Position numbers and translations under genes: made by a program. A stretch of 64,000 nucleotides of DNA, taken from contig CATNEN010000005.1 of NCBI GenBank assembly GCA_950097015.1, positions 1,178,001 through 1,242,000 on the forward strand, given 5' to 3'. Source of the DNA: Macrostomum hystrix (Eukaryota > Animalia > Platyhelminthes). Below, in pieces: positions 47,860-58,998 of the stretch. How positions within the stretch are numbered: the stretch's first letter is position 1; every line of letters starts with the position of its first letter. A model generated the notes under the pieces. It did no database searches. It saw only the letters and a list, made by a program, of their open reading frames with translations, and was not told the origin of the DNA.

Positions 47860-48012
47860 AGTATTTACACTCCCACTGTGACATAGAGTTTGGCCCTCAA
47901 TAGTGTAAAGAGCGAATGCATGCACCACAAATGAATTCAGTCTCATAGCTCGTATCGAGCTCAAGAACCTCGGTAACATCTCGAGGCAAACGCGTTAATC
48001 CTTCTGCCGCTC
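47860..48012 (-). mobile_element. tRNA-derived SINE family A, copy 4 (old, degenerate)
   Basis: TACACTCCCACTGTG..TTGGCCCTCAA..ATCGAGCTCAAGAACCT..GAGGCAAACGCGTTAA..CTGCC matches the family. Confidence 0.7.
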
Positions 48013-48440
48013 ACACCTTAAAGGAACAAGATTAGTTGAATAAAGATTCAGTAGCGCTACAAACCATTAATTAATCTGTTAGTTTTTACTGCCCAACCGG
48101 TATTTTTGTCTTCATAATTTCTACCTATTTGGCAGTAAAATTCACTAACTCTTTAACGACATGCCTAGCGTTTGTCTAAGTTTTTTGTAAAAATTTAAAT
48201 CCTTTGGTTATTGCACTTAATTCTGTACTTTAATACTCGTAGTACAGTATAATGGAATCACACCCATTATACATTATTACATCTGTTAAGTCCTGAACAT
48301 ATTTTTGCTACTACAATTCACCGTATCATTATAAGCCTGCACTTTGAAATCATTTCTCTATTATTCCAGTAGATGCCTTTGAGGCTGCGCTAATCACCAA
48401 ATATATTATCCAGCATTAGATAGTGATTAAACTGTTTGTA

Positions 48441-49584
48441 TCACCTCTGATTTTTATGGTGTACGGCACGTGCCCAACCTGTTTCAAGAAACAATGTTAT
48501 TTTATTACGAGTATATTGTTGATATTCAGATTCTGCTAGAGTTAAAGGACCGTGCTGTTCGCAAAGAAATAAACGCAATTGTTTTTTTAAACAAAGTGTT
48601 GTAATTTTACGCTAAGCTTGGTTAAAGGCTTTACTGTCTGGTTTATTTTATCATCATACTCGTAGAATTTCTGCTATTACCCTTACTTTAGTTAACATTG
48701 CCTTTGTTACGACAGGAATCAAGGAATTTTAGCTTCATTACATTTTACAATTTGGCTTCATCAGGCTAAGGTAGGAAGCTTGTGTTTAGCACATTGTTTA
48801 GAGCTTTGAACTTCCTGAGAGAGTTTACTCTAGAAGAGTCACCCAGCTGTAAAATTGGTGCCAGTATCACATGGGGTAGACGCTTTGGTGGGTGTGTCGA
48901 CCCCCGGAGGCTAGGATCTGGCCCTAACTGGTGACATGCATCTATCTACATTATCCATTTGCATGTGCATGTAGCTTCGGATTCCGATTTCAGCACATTT
49001 TTAATGCGATTATTTCTTGGTTCTTTCTTCCCTATTGAATAGTTTAGCTTCTTTTCCTTTAAGCCCTTTGGTTAAGTTTTTAAAGGTCTATGAGATTTGC
49101 TTGCTTAAGTTCGTATTAGTATAAATAAGTTATTGAAAATAATAGAACGATAATGGTATTATTATCATTCGTATTCGCTTTTTATAGTTTTAGCTTTAGG
49201 TTTAAGTTTAGTAAAGTTTTGCAGTGGGTTTGGTGGGTTCGGTGTAGTTTTAGGGTGGTTTTTTCATTTAGAGCAGGTTTACTGAGTTTAGGGTAATTAA
49301 GTGGGGCTAGGAACTTATTGGACCGGTTAGGTTTATGATTAAGACTGAGTCAGCTCAGTGTATGCAACTATAACTGGACTGATGGTTAAATATGAACATC
49401 ATTTTGGAAATTGTGAAATAAGGAAAGAGCAAACCTGCGCGATGTTTCGGTCCGGTGTCGGTTCAGACGCCGGCGTCAGGTCCTGTACGCCTTGCCGTCC
49501 TAACAGCATCATTGGCTCACCCGTGTACTGTAAATAGCGCATTCGACGGTGACTAGAAGTGTCGCAGTGGTCTAAATAATTCAT
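48441..49584 (-). CDS. Candidate small unannotated gene (2 coding exons, 87 aa, possibly longer), head-to-head with DNAJC3
   Basis: Exon 49584-49435 has an acceptor TTCTCTTTAAG 5 nt before the ATG and donor CAG|GTTTGC. Exon 48554-48441 has acceptor TTTCTTTGCGAACAG. They join in phase 0. No homology recognised. Confidence 0.45.
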
Positions 49585-49686
49585 AATTGCTTAAAGAGAA
49601 TCAGCGTGGTGCTAGTTTTACTGATTCTAAATAAAACCGATTAACTTGAAAAATATGCGTTATAAACGCGTTGAACAAATTAACAA

Positions 49687-49705
49687 CCAATCAGCGTCGA
49701 CCATA
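49687..49705 (+). promoter_or_regulatory. ERSE-like element (CCAAT-N9-CCATA) upstream of DNAJC3
   Basis: CCAAT CAGCGTCGA CCATA. The ERSE consensus is CCAAT-N9-CCACG. Lies ~150 bp before the DNAJC3 ATG. Confidence 0.3.
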
Positions 49706-49851
49706 CTGAGGCACGCATTTAACTTTGCATACGTAATCTTTTTCCGAGAAACTTAGTTTAAAAAGATTCATTTGCCACTCCAAGAACACATTTCGGTGTT
49801 TCAGCTCGAGTTGTTCTTCGTATATGTTGCATCAAGTACTTTAGTATTAGC

Positions 49852-52800
49852 ATGCGAGTTCTATCAAAGGCGTCAGTATTTTTCCGGGAGGCCTATATCT
49901 TAATCGCATTACTTGACATATGGATTTCGGGTATGTTTTAAACTCCAAGCATGTATTCTAGACTTGTATTTACTGTGTCGGCAGTGTCGCACTGAAAGTG
50001 GAATTTTTATTCATTATTTTCCATTTCGTTATAAAAGTGTTTTTGGCAAGTTTCATACTTCAATCATTCTATTTTCTCCTAAATTTAGCCACACATTTTG
50101 ACAATAGAAACTTTGTCAAACAGTTCAATGAAAAATACATTTACAAAAATTTCATAAACTAGTTCAATAGCTATCATATTTTTAGCCAAGAAGTCTTAAG
50201 CCATTTATATATTAGTTTTTATGCAATAGCAGTCATTTATCAGTGAAAAAGTTAACTAATATTGACTAACTCTAAATTTAGTTGACACACCACTTTGTGC
50301 ACCTGTGTAGTGTGCTTAATTAAGATACTAGGTTACTAGCTTTGCAACAGTATAGCAAATTTTGTACTACACGGTTTAAAACTTTTTGTGCCCACTTTGC
50401 CAAGTATATTTATTGTATCAAAACACAAGTTTTTTTTAAAAGAAACAAAAAACATGACATCCATTAAAATGCTTACAAATGAGATAATGTGATTAGCTAA
50501 TCCATATTAAGATTAATTATGTATAGTATAAAATAAAAGGGTCTACAAATATGTTGCACTTAAAATTAACATTTAATTAGTAATACAAGGTTGCCACAGT
50601 TTAAGCTAGGCCTAATTATACAGTGTGCATAGGCTTGTACTAGCTTATGTTTGTGTATGCTGGTGTGTACCAGTATGCCACAGTATGCACTTATGTGTGA
50701 CTCAGTATACACCTGTGTGTTGATGTGTGCCAGTGTGTAGCAGAGTTTTGTGACTAAACTGCGACCTTGACTATGGCGGTTGGGTATATATGAGGTTAGT
50801 GGGCCATCTCAGACAAGTGGGGTTCTAATAGGCAAGTTTCTTTTTCAGTATTAGATGCAGCTCCATTAAGTTCTTGTTAGGGTTCAAATTTTAAAAGAAT
50901 ATAGTCTTGACATATACAATCTCTGCTACTTTATCTATAAAACCATGAGTTATTTTTATTAAGTTTTTACACACAAACGTGAAAATGATACAGATCAATA
51001 TTCATCATACCAACGTACAGATCTAGTACTGGCCAGCAATCAGGCTGAAATAGACAAGCACCTGGAGTTAGGCAAGAAGCTACTAGCTGCGGGACAGCTA
51101 GCCGATGCGCTGTCTCATTATCATGCCGCTATTGAACTGGACCCAACCAATTATCAGAGCTACTTTCGCAGAGCCACAGTCTACATGGCCATCGGCAAAT
51201 CAAAACCGGCCCTACCAGATCTAGACAAGGTTATCGAGCTCAAGCCAGACTTTGCCACAGCCTATTTTCAACGAGGCGGCATTCATTTGAAAACTGGCCA
51301 ATTATCTGAGGCTAAGTCTGATCTGAAACGCGTCCTAGAATTGGAACCCGGAAATGCTGAGGCGGCTAAGCAGTTGGAACAGTTGGGCCCATTGGCTGAA
51401 TTCGCTGAGAATGCTCGTAACCTGGCTGACAATGGCAAATACGCGGACGCTATCGACTTCTTAACTAGGGCACTAGAGATCAGCCCAATGGACACTGAGC
51501 TCAGGGCTTTGAGAGCCGATGCTTATGAAGCAATTGGCGAAGGGTTCAAGGTAAGACCATGTTCCATGTTCCATTCTTCGTCGGGTTTTTCACCCGATTC
51601 CTCTGCTGATTCCGTGTTTGATTCCTTGTCTTATTCTCCGTGATATTCGTTGTGTGATTGTCCATCCGATTTCTCGTCTGATTCTCGGTTCCATTACTCG
51701 TATAATTCCTCATTCGATTCCGTGGCCAATCCTTTGCGTTTTCCTTGACCACGCAGGCCGCCTCTGATCTGCGGGCCATCAACCGACTGACCACAGACAA
51801 CACAGCCGGGCACCTCAAGGTCAGCCGGCTGTTCTACCGCCTAGGCGATCCCGAACAATCGCTGAACGAAGTTCGCGAATGCTTAAAACTGGACCCTGAT
51901 CACAAGGACTGCTTTCAGCACTACAAACAAGTGAAGAAGGTGGCCAAAGCCTACGAATCCGTTTTGAAATCTGTCGAAGAGAAGCAATGGGACGTGTGCC
52001 TGCAGCAGGTTGACAAGCTAGCAAAATTAGCCAAGCAGTCAGTCGGTCTGGACAAACAGATGGACTCCTTCCGCTGCCAGTGCGGCGCCATGAATGGCAA
52101 CGCTGACGCGGTTGACATCTGCACTCACGTGCTACAATCAGAGCCAGGCAACGCTGAGGCTTTATGCAATCGGGCTGAGGCCTACAAGCATCAGGACATG
52201 TTTAATGAGGCCATCACCGACTATCAGAAGGTGCTAGAAGCCGACAAGGAGAACCGGCGCGCCAAAGAGGGTCTGGCGGATGCGCAGAAGAAGTTGAAGT
52301 CGTCTAGACGACGCAACTACTACCAGATATTGGGCGTGCCTAGGTCAGCCAAGAAGCGAGAGATTCTCAAGGCTTACCGAAAGCTGGCGGCCCAGTATCA
52401 TCCGGATCACTACAAGGGCAGCGATAAGGCATTGGCGCAGAGGAAATTCATCGACATCTCAGACGCTAAGGAGGTTCTCACAGACGAAGGTAAGCTCTTT
52501 CTTGATTTCTTGGGTTTGTACTTTGCCGCTTGTCGTTTTTTATGTTTACCGTGCTTCCGTAAATTTTCCGAGTTTGTGAATGTTTTACAATCAGAAATTT
52601 TTTTCGGAGTTGTGTACATTTTTCTAGCTTTACAGGCGTTTCTATGTTTTTTAAATACTTGCTATGCAAAAACTTGCCCAAAAGCTTCATAGTTTCAACA
52701 TTAGCCAGGATATGGATACTTTATTTATAAAGGTAATGATTTGCATTCTTTTAGACTACTATTAGTGATACGCACTATTTCATCTGTAGTTAAAAGAGAA

Positions 52801-55800
52801 ATGCAAAAAAATTCTTGAATAATCTGCGTTTGAAACTATAGAAAGCGCGCAGTCTTGAAGCTGCTACTTAGCTTGTAGTAGCTTCTACCATTATTACATT
52901 TTTGGTTATTTTAGTTGGAGATTAATTAGTAAATTATGATTGATTTTGTAATACGGTTTGATTATTAGACAGACGCACAAAAAGTATTTGCTTGGATGTT
53001 GTGTCTTTGTTGTGTTGTGAATCTAGTTATCATTTGTTGGTTCTTGGAATTTGACATTCACTGTTTATATATTTAGCTATTTAGTATTAGATATCATTTG
53101 TTTTTCTATAAACTGCTTTTATAGTGTATAGATATTCTTCCGGGCTATAGCCTTCAACTTGAATATCACCTTTGTTGTGCCAAACTCTTTTTGTTCTGTG
53201 GTGCTTTGCTAGAATATGCATTGGCTGTTCAACTTAATCATTGACACTGTTGCACTTACTCACTTCTGCTTAATTCAGATTCAGATAGTCACATTTCCCT
53301 TCTTCTCTCCTCTCTCATTCCCTCTCCTTCCCATCTAAAAATTGGTAACAATTCTGCTCTGACTTTCTCATCGTCAGGCAGTGTACACTCTCATTGTGCC
53401 TTTAGGGTTGGCCCTCAAAGGAGTAAATTGCACGACAAGCCCCCGAGCCTTCTCTCCGCGGCTGCGCCCCAAATGAACGTGGCCTCGCAGTGGATTCGAA
53501 CTTTGTACTACTCTGCCACTCACTCTCTCCTAGCCCTCTTCCTACCAATCGCTCCTATGATCCTAATGAATGTTTTCTTTCCTCCACTGTACTTCTCTTG
53601 GTGTTCCAAGTCTTCTATTTGTTTAGAAATTATTTCTTCTCTAATCTCTTTCAATTTAGCTACTATGTTGTAATTTTCTAACAAAATCTCGCTTTTACGA
53701 GCTTATGTCCCTTCACTATGTAGTCAATCTGTCCTATCTACTATCTGAAATTTCTGACTTTCTCTAAGTGTCTGAACATGCCGTGTCTGTGTATGTCCCA
53801 TGCAGCTAGTGTACTTGTACTCTATCCCCCTGTATCAGCGCCTAAACACATTGTTACATTTTCCAATTTAATTTCAACTCACCAGATATTTAACTTAGAC
53901 AACTCAGCGTTCATTTTCGAGAGTCTGTTTTTAGGACCACTATTTGAAAATTTCAATTAGACAACGCGAATTCAATTAAAATAGCAGACATACGATTCGA
54001 ATTCTTTTAAACTCGTTGAAATTCTTTTTGCGTCTATGGTAAACTCTCTGGGTCTGACGCAAAACTATTTTTAATATAGACTATAAACATTTAAACAAGA
54101 TTTTAAGGCAATAAAGCGTGCATCAAAAATGTCTGCAATAAAGGCTTTGGGCCAAGGAGCAACCACGAATCGTTTAATGCATTCCCTTTTATCTAGTGTC
54201 TAGGGCAGGGGTAGGCAAACTTATTTGCTGGCGGGCCAAAGAGAGAACCTAAAAGACGACAGCGGGCCGCATTGACTGTATAAATATGAGATAGGGGAGA
54301 GATGAGACACGGAAGAGATAAGACACGGGAGAGATGAGACACAGGAGAGATGAGACACGAGAGCGATGAGACACGGGAGAGATGAGACACGGGAGAGATT
54401 AGACACGGGAGAGATGAGACACAGGAGAGATTAGACACGGGAGAGATGAGACACAGGAGAGATTAGACACAGGGGAGATGAGACACTAGAGAGATTAGAC
54501 ACGGGTGAGATTAGACACTAGAGAGATTAGACACGGGAGAGATTAGACACAGGAGGAGAGATTAGACACGGGAGAGATTAGACACGAGAGAGATGAAACA
54601 GGACACTGTAGATGTCAGAAGGGGCAACGGGCCGGATTTGGGAGCTTCAAGGGCCGCATCTGGCCCGCGGGCCGGAGTTTGCCGACCCCTGGTCTAGGGC
54701 AATAAACGAGCTACCTAAGCATTTTTTGCCATAAACATTCGATAAATAGGGAATATGATATGTATCCATTAATTGGAAGGGACAATTTTTGATGTTATGA
54801 CACTAAAGTACAAAAGGCGACTTTCAACACTTGACCATAGACTTTTGTCCAGTTAAAGTGGGGTGGGGGTACACATGTTTATAATCTATGGACGAGACTG
54901 TCTACTTTGGACGAATCCTGTTATTATTTTTCGACAAGTTTTAGCTAAAACTTAGCTTATATGTTGCCTCCGCTTCTGACGCTCAAGTTGAGAGAATACA
55001 AGAGAAAATGTACATTCTGATTTGGCGGGCCACGCACCTTTTAGCATATGGCAGGGAACTGAAATAGTTTTCATACTCTAAGCAAAAAGAGAATTTTGGT
55101 TTTCAAGAATTGTTATGCCTTGGACATCTGTGTATGAACATGGAGGAAAAGGCGACAAAGAGTGCCGTGGTCCTTTCCAGCGAATCAAGATGGAGCTGAT
55201 CTCCAGCTTTTTTATTTAAATTCGCTTTCGTCTAGCTCGAATTTTCAAACGGTGGTCTTAAAATATAATGTCGAAAATGTGGGTTGAATAGTCCAAATTG
55301 AATGTCTGGTAAGTTGAAATTGAAAAGGAAAAGGTGTAGGGAGGTGGATTGCTAGAAATTGACAGCCTATCTTCTGCAGCCAAGCAAGCACCCCACCAAA
55401 TCGCCCCCGCCCCTGTCCCGCAATCAGAGAAGCGAGCAAAGTTTGACAACGGCCAAGACCCGCTAGATCCGGAGCAGCAGCACGAGGGCTTCAATCCGTT
55501 TGGCGGCGGCGGCTTCACATTTCATCATTTCGATCCGTTCGAGCATCACCAACAGCAGCAGGGCAATGGCGGCCATTTTGAGTTCTTCTTTGGCTAGGAA
55601 ATCATTAGGCTGGGACTGTTCAGAAACGGCTGAAATATATATCTTCAAATTATTTGATTAGCTAGGAAGTTTCTGAAATATCCTAGTTCTGCCATTTACT
55701 GCCAGCCTTAATAAATGTTAGCATGTTTATTTTGGTTTACTTCAAGATTCTATGTTTATTTTTTACGTTATGATGCATTATATTTATGGTTGTTTCCATA

Positions 55801-58800
55801 CCTAGCTTGTCTTCCCGGACAGCACTCAGTTAATTTTTATCTTGAAATTAGCTAGCTCTTCATTATCAACTAGCATTATCAACTTTAAACTATAAATAAG
55901 AGTTAGAAAGATCAAACAAAATTACCGCCGCCGCCGCCGCCGAAATCAATCATCAAGAGAAGAAGCCCGCACGTACTAATTATCGTCGAGCTCACTCGCG
56001 CACACCTGTGTGTCCTATGGCACACTGGCTTAAATCGTCTATGCCGTAATTGCCACTGATTAATTTATTCATTACCAATTTACATGTTTTACTGTTTGAA
56101 CATGTGTGCGTGTTTTTAAAGCGTGTGATAATTTTTTCTTTCTAAACTTCCTTAAAAAACAACACATTCGCAACTTACTAACAATGAAGTTCTATTGATT
56201 CTAAAACAATACCCAAGCCAGAATATATAGGCTTTAGGAATTATGAAACTATATTAGTTTCATTTAGTAATGTAGGATATTCTTCCACTAATAATTACTT
56301 AAAGTACTCTCATTATCTAATTGTTTGCATGTTTGAGAACTCTTGCAAGTGTACGATAGATACAATGTAGTTGTTTTTTTCTGAGCTAGTTAGCGCACTT
56401 GGCTAATGGAATTGGTTGAGAGTTTCCGGTTCTTTGCTTTTTAAACATTAATTGGTGCTGCTGTATTATTTACTCGTATTTCAGATTTTGAAAATTGTTT
56501 TATGCATCCTGCAAGTTTTTGGCTTTTCCTCCGATTAGCGGATGTTTAGATAATTTTAAAATTACTTTAAAATCAAGAGGCATGTTTGAACTTTTGGTAT
56601 TGAAAATTATTATTTTTAGTCTTTTGAGACTGTCTTGCAGTCTTTTGAAACTGTCTTGCAGTCTTTTGAGACTGTCTTGCAGTCTTTTGAGACTGTCTTG
56701 CAGTCTTTTGAAACTGTCTTGCAGTCTTTTGAGACTGTCTTGCAGTCTTTTGAGACTTTCTTGCAGTCTTTTGAGACTGTCTTGCAGTCTTTTGAAACTG
56801 TCTTGCAGTCTTTTGAGACTGTCTTGCAGTCTTTTGAGACTGTCTTGCAGTCTTTTGAAACTGTCTTGCAGTCTTTTGAGACTGTCTTGCAGTCTTTTGA
56901 AACTGTCTTGCAGTCTTTTGAGACTGTCTTGCAGTCTTTTGAGACTGTCTTGCAGTCTTTTGAGACTTTCTTGCAGTCTTTTGAGACTGTCTTGCTGTCT
57001 TTTGAGACTTTCTTGCAGTCTTTTGAGACTGTCTTGCAGTCTTTTGAGACTGTCTTGCTGTCTTTTGAGACTGTCTTGCAGTCTTTTGAGACTGTCTTGC
57101 AGTCTTTTGAAACTGTCTTGCTGTCTTTTGAGACTGTCTTGCTGTCTTTTGAGACTGTCTTGCAGTCTTTTGAAACTGTCTTGCAGTCTTTTGAGACTGT
57201 CTTGCTGTCTTTTGAGACTGTCTTGCAGTCTTTTGAGACTGTCTTGCTGTCTTTTGAGACTTTCTTGCAGTCTTTTGAGACTGTCTTGCAGTCTTTTGAG
57301 ACTTTCTTGCAGTCTTTTGAGACTTTCTTGCAGTCTTTTGAGACTCTCTTGCAGTCTTTTGAGACTGTCTTGCAGTCTTTTGAGACTGTCTTGCAGTCTT
57401 TTGAGACTGTCTTGCTGTCTTTTGAGACTGTCTTGCTGTCTTTTGAGACTGTCTTGCTGTCTTTTGAGACTGTCTTGCTGTCTTTTGAGACTGTCTTGCA
57501 GTCTTTTGAGACTGTCTTGCAGTCTTTTGAAACTGTCTTGCAGTCTTTTGAGACTGTCTTGCTGTCTTTTGAGACTGTCTTGCAGTCTTTTGAAACTGTC
57601 TTGCAGTCTTTTGAGACTGTCTTGCTGTCTTTTGAGACTGTCTTGCAGTCTTTTGAGACTGTCTTGCTGTCTTTTGAGACTTTCTTGCAGTCTTTTGAGA
57701 CTGTCTTGCAGTCTTTTGAGACTTTCTTGCAGTCTTTTGAGACTGTCTTGCTGTCTTTTGAGACTGTCTTGCAGTCTTTTGAGACTGTCTTTTGAGACTC
57801 TCTTGCAGTCTTTTGAGACTGTCTTGCTGTCTTTTGAGACTGTCTTGCAGTCTTTTGAGACTGTCTTTTGAGACTCTCTTGCAGTCTTTTGAGACTGTCT
57901 TGCTGTCTTTTGAGACTGTCTTGCTGTCTTTTGAGACTTTCTTCCTGTCTTTTGAGACTTTATGGCAGTCTTTTGAGACTCTCTTGCAGTCTTTTGAGAC
58001 TGTCTTGCAGTCTTTTGAGACTGTCTTGCTGTCTTTTGAGACTGTCTTGCTGTCTTTTGAGACTGTCTTGCTGTCTTTTGAGACTGTCTTGCTGTCTTTT
58101 GAGACTGTCTTGCAGTCTTTTGAGACTGTCTTGCAGTCTTTTGAAACTGTCTTGCAGTCTTTTGAGACTGTCTTGCTGTCTTTTGAGACTGTCTTGCAGT
58201 CTTTTGAAACTGTCTTGCAGTCTTTTGAGACTGTCTTGCTGTCTTTTGAGACTGTCTTGCAGTCTTTTGAGACTGTCTTGCTGTCTTTTGAGACTTTCTT
58301 GCAGTCTTTTGAGACTGTCTTGCAGTCTTTTGAGACTTTCTTGCAGTCTTTTGAGACTGTCTTGCTGTCTTTTGAGACTCTCTTGCAGTCTTTTGAGACT
58401 GTCTTGCAGTCTTTTGAGACTGTCTTGCTGTCTTTTGAGACTGTCTTGCTGTCTTTTGAGACTGTCTTGCTGTCTTTTGAGACTGTCTTGCTGTCTTTTG
58501 AGACTGTCTTGCAGTCTTTTGAGACTGTCTTTTGAGACTCTCTTGCAGTCTTTTGAGACTGTCTTGCAGTCTTTTGAGACTGTCTTGCTGTCTTTTGAGA
58601 CTTTCTTCCTGTCTTTTGAGACTTTATGGCAGTCTTTTGAGACTTTATTGTAACCTTCAGAGACTTTCTTGTACTCGTAATCTTTAGAAACAGTCTTCTA
58701 ATGTTTTCAGGCATTCTCACGATATTGACGGTAAACTTTTCAAAAGTTCAAAAGATTTGCAAAGTAGAAACTTTCCTTGATTTAACCTACAATGCGTTGT

Positions 58801-58998
58801 CTGTGCCCAATGCATGGCACTATAGGTTTCCCAATTTCTCCCAATTTCTCCCTGGCAGAGAAGCGCAAGCTGTACGACGCTGGCCAGGATCCACTGGACC
58901 CGGAGCAGCAGGGCGGCGGCGGTGGCGGTCCCGGCTTTCAGAACTTTCACCAATTCTTCCAGGGCAGCGGGTTCCAATTCCGCTTTCATTTCAACTAA
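49852..58998 (+). CDS. DNAJC3: DNAJC3/p58IPK (ER-luminal TPR + J-domain co-chaperone); model with distal terminal exon B, 493 aa
   Basis: Exons 49852-49930 (signal-peptide-like), 51021-51550, 51757-52489 and 58859-58998. IDKHLELGKKLLAAGQLADALSHYHAA, ECLKLDPDHKDCFQHYKQVKK, RRNYYQILGV..AYRKLAAQYHPD, DPLDPE..FQFRFHFN*. Confidence 0.94.
53355..53520 (-). mobile_element. tRNA-derived SINE family A, copy 5 (DNAJC3 intron 3)
   Basis: CTGACTTTCTCATCGTCAGGCAGTGTACACTCTCA..GTTGGCCCTCAA..CACGACAAGCCCC..GGCTGCGCCCCAAAT..GTGGCCTCGC. Confidence 0.82.
54206..54691. mobile_element. Non-autonomous hAT element family H1, copy 2
   Basis: Same TIRs and flanks as 29598-30197, with a shorter internal 16-bp array. 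8-bp TSD GTCTAGGG on both sides. Confidence 0.93.
55428..55597 (+). CDS. DNAJC3: DNAJC3 alternative (proximal) terminal exon A; gives a 503-aa isoform
   Basis: CAG acceptor at 55427, phase 1 matching the donor at 52489. EKRAKFDNGQDPLDPEQQHEGFNPFGGGGF...HFEFFFG*. AATAAA at 55710. Confidence 0.85.
56619..58650. repeat. 21-bp minisatellite (GTCTTTTGAGACTGTCTTGCA), ~95 units, between the two DNAJC3 terminal exons
   Basis: Tandem periodicity. Explains the 458/715/386/247/261-aa repetitive ORFs. Confidence 0.97.

Noticed and set aside
5640-53520. All five SINE-A copies in the same orientation
   Set aside because: With n=5 the chance is about 1 in 16, and they are sense in some host genes and antisense in another.
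56495-58720. Long ORFs (458, 715, 386, 247 and 261 aa)
   Set aside because: They are translations of a 21-bp minisatellite open in several frames on both strands, with no protein-like complexity.
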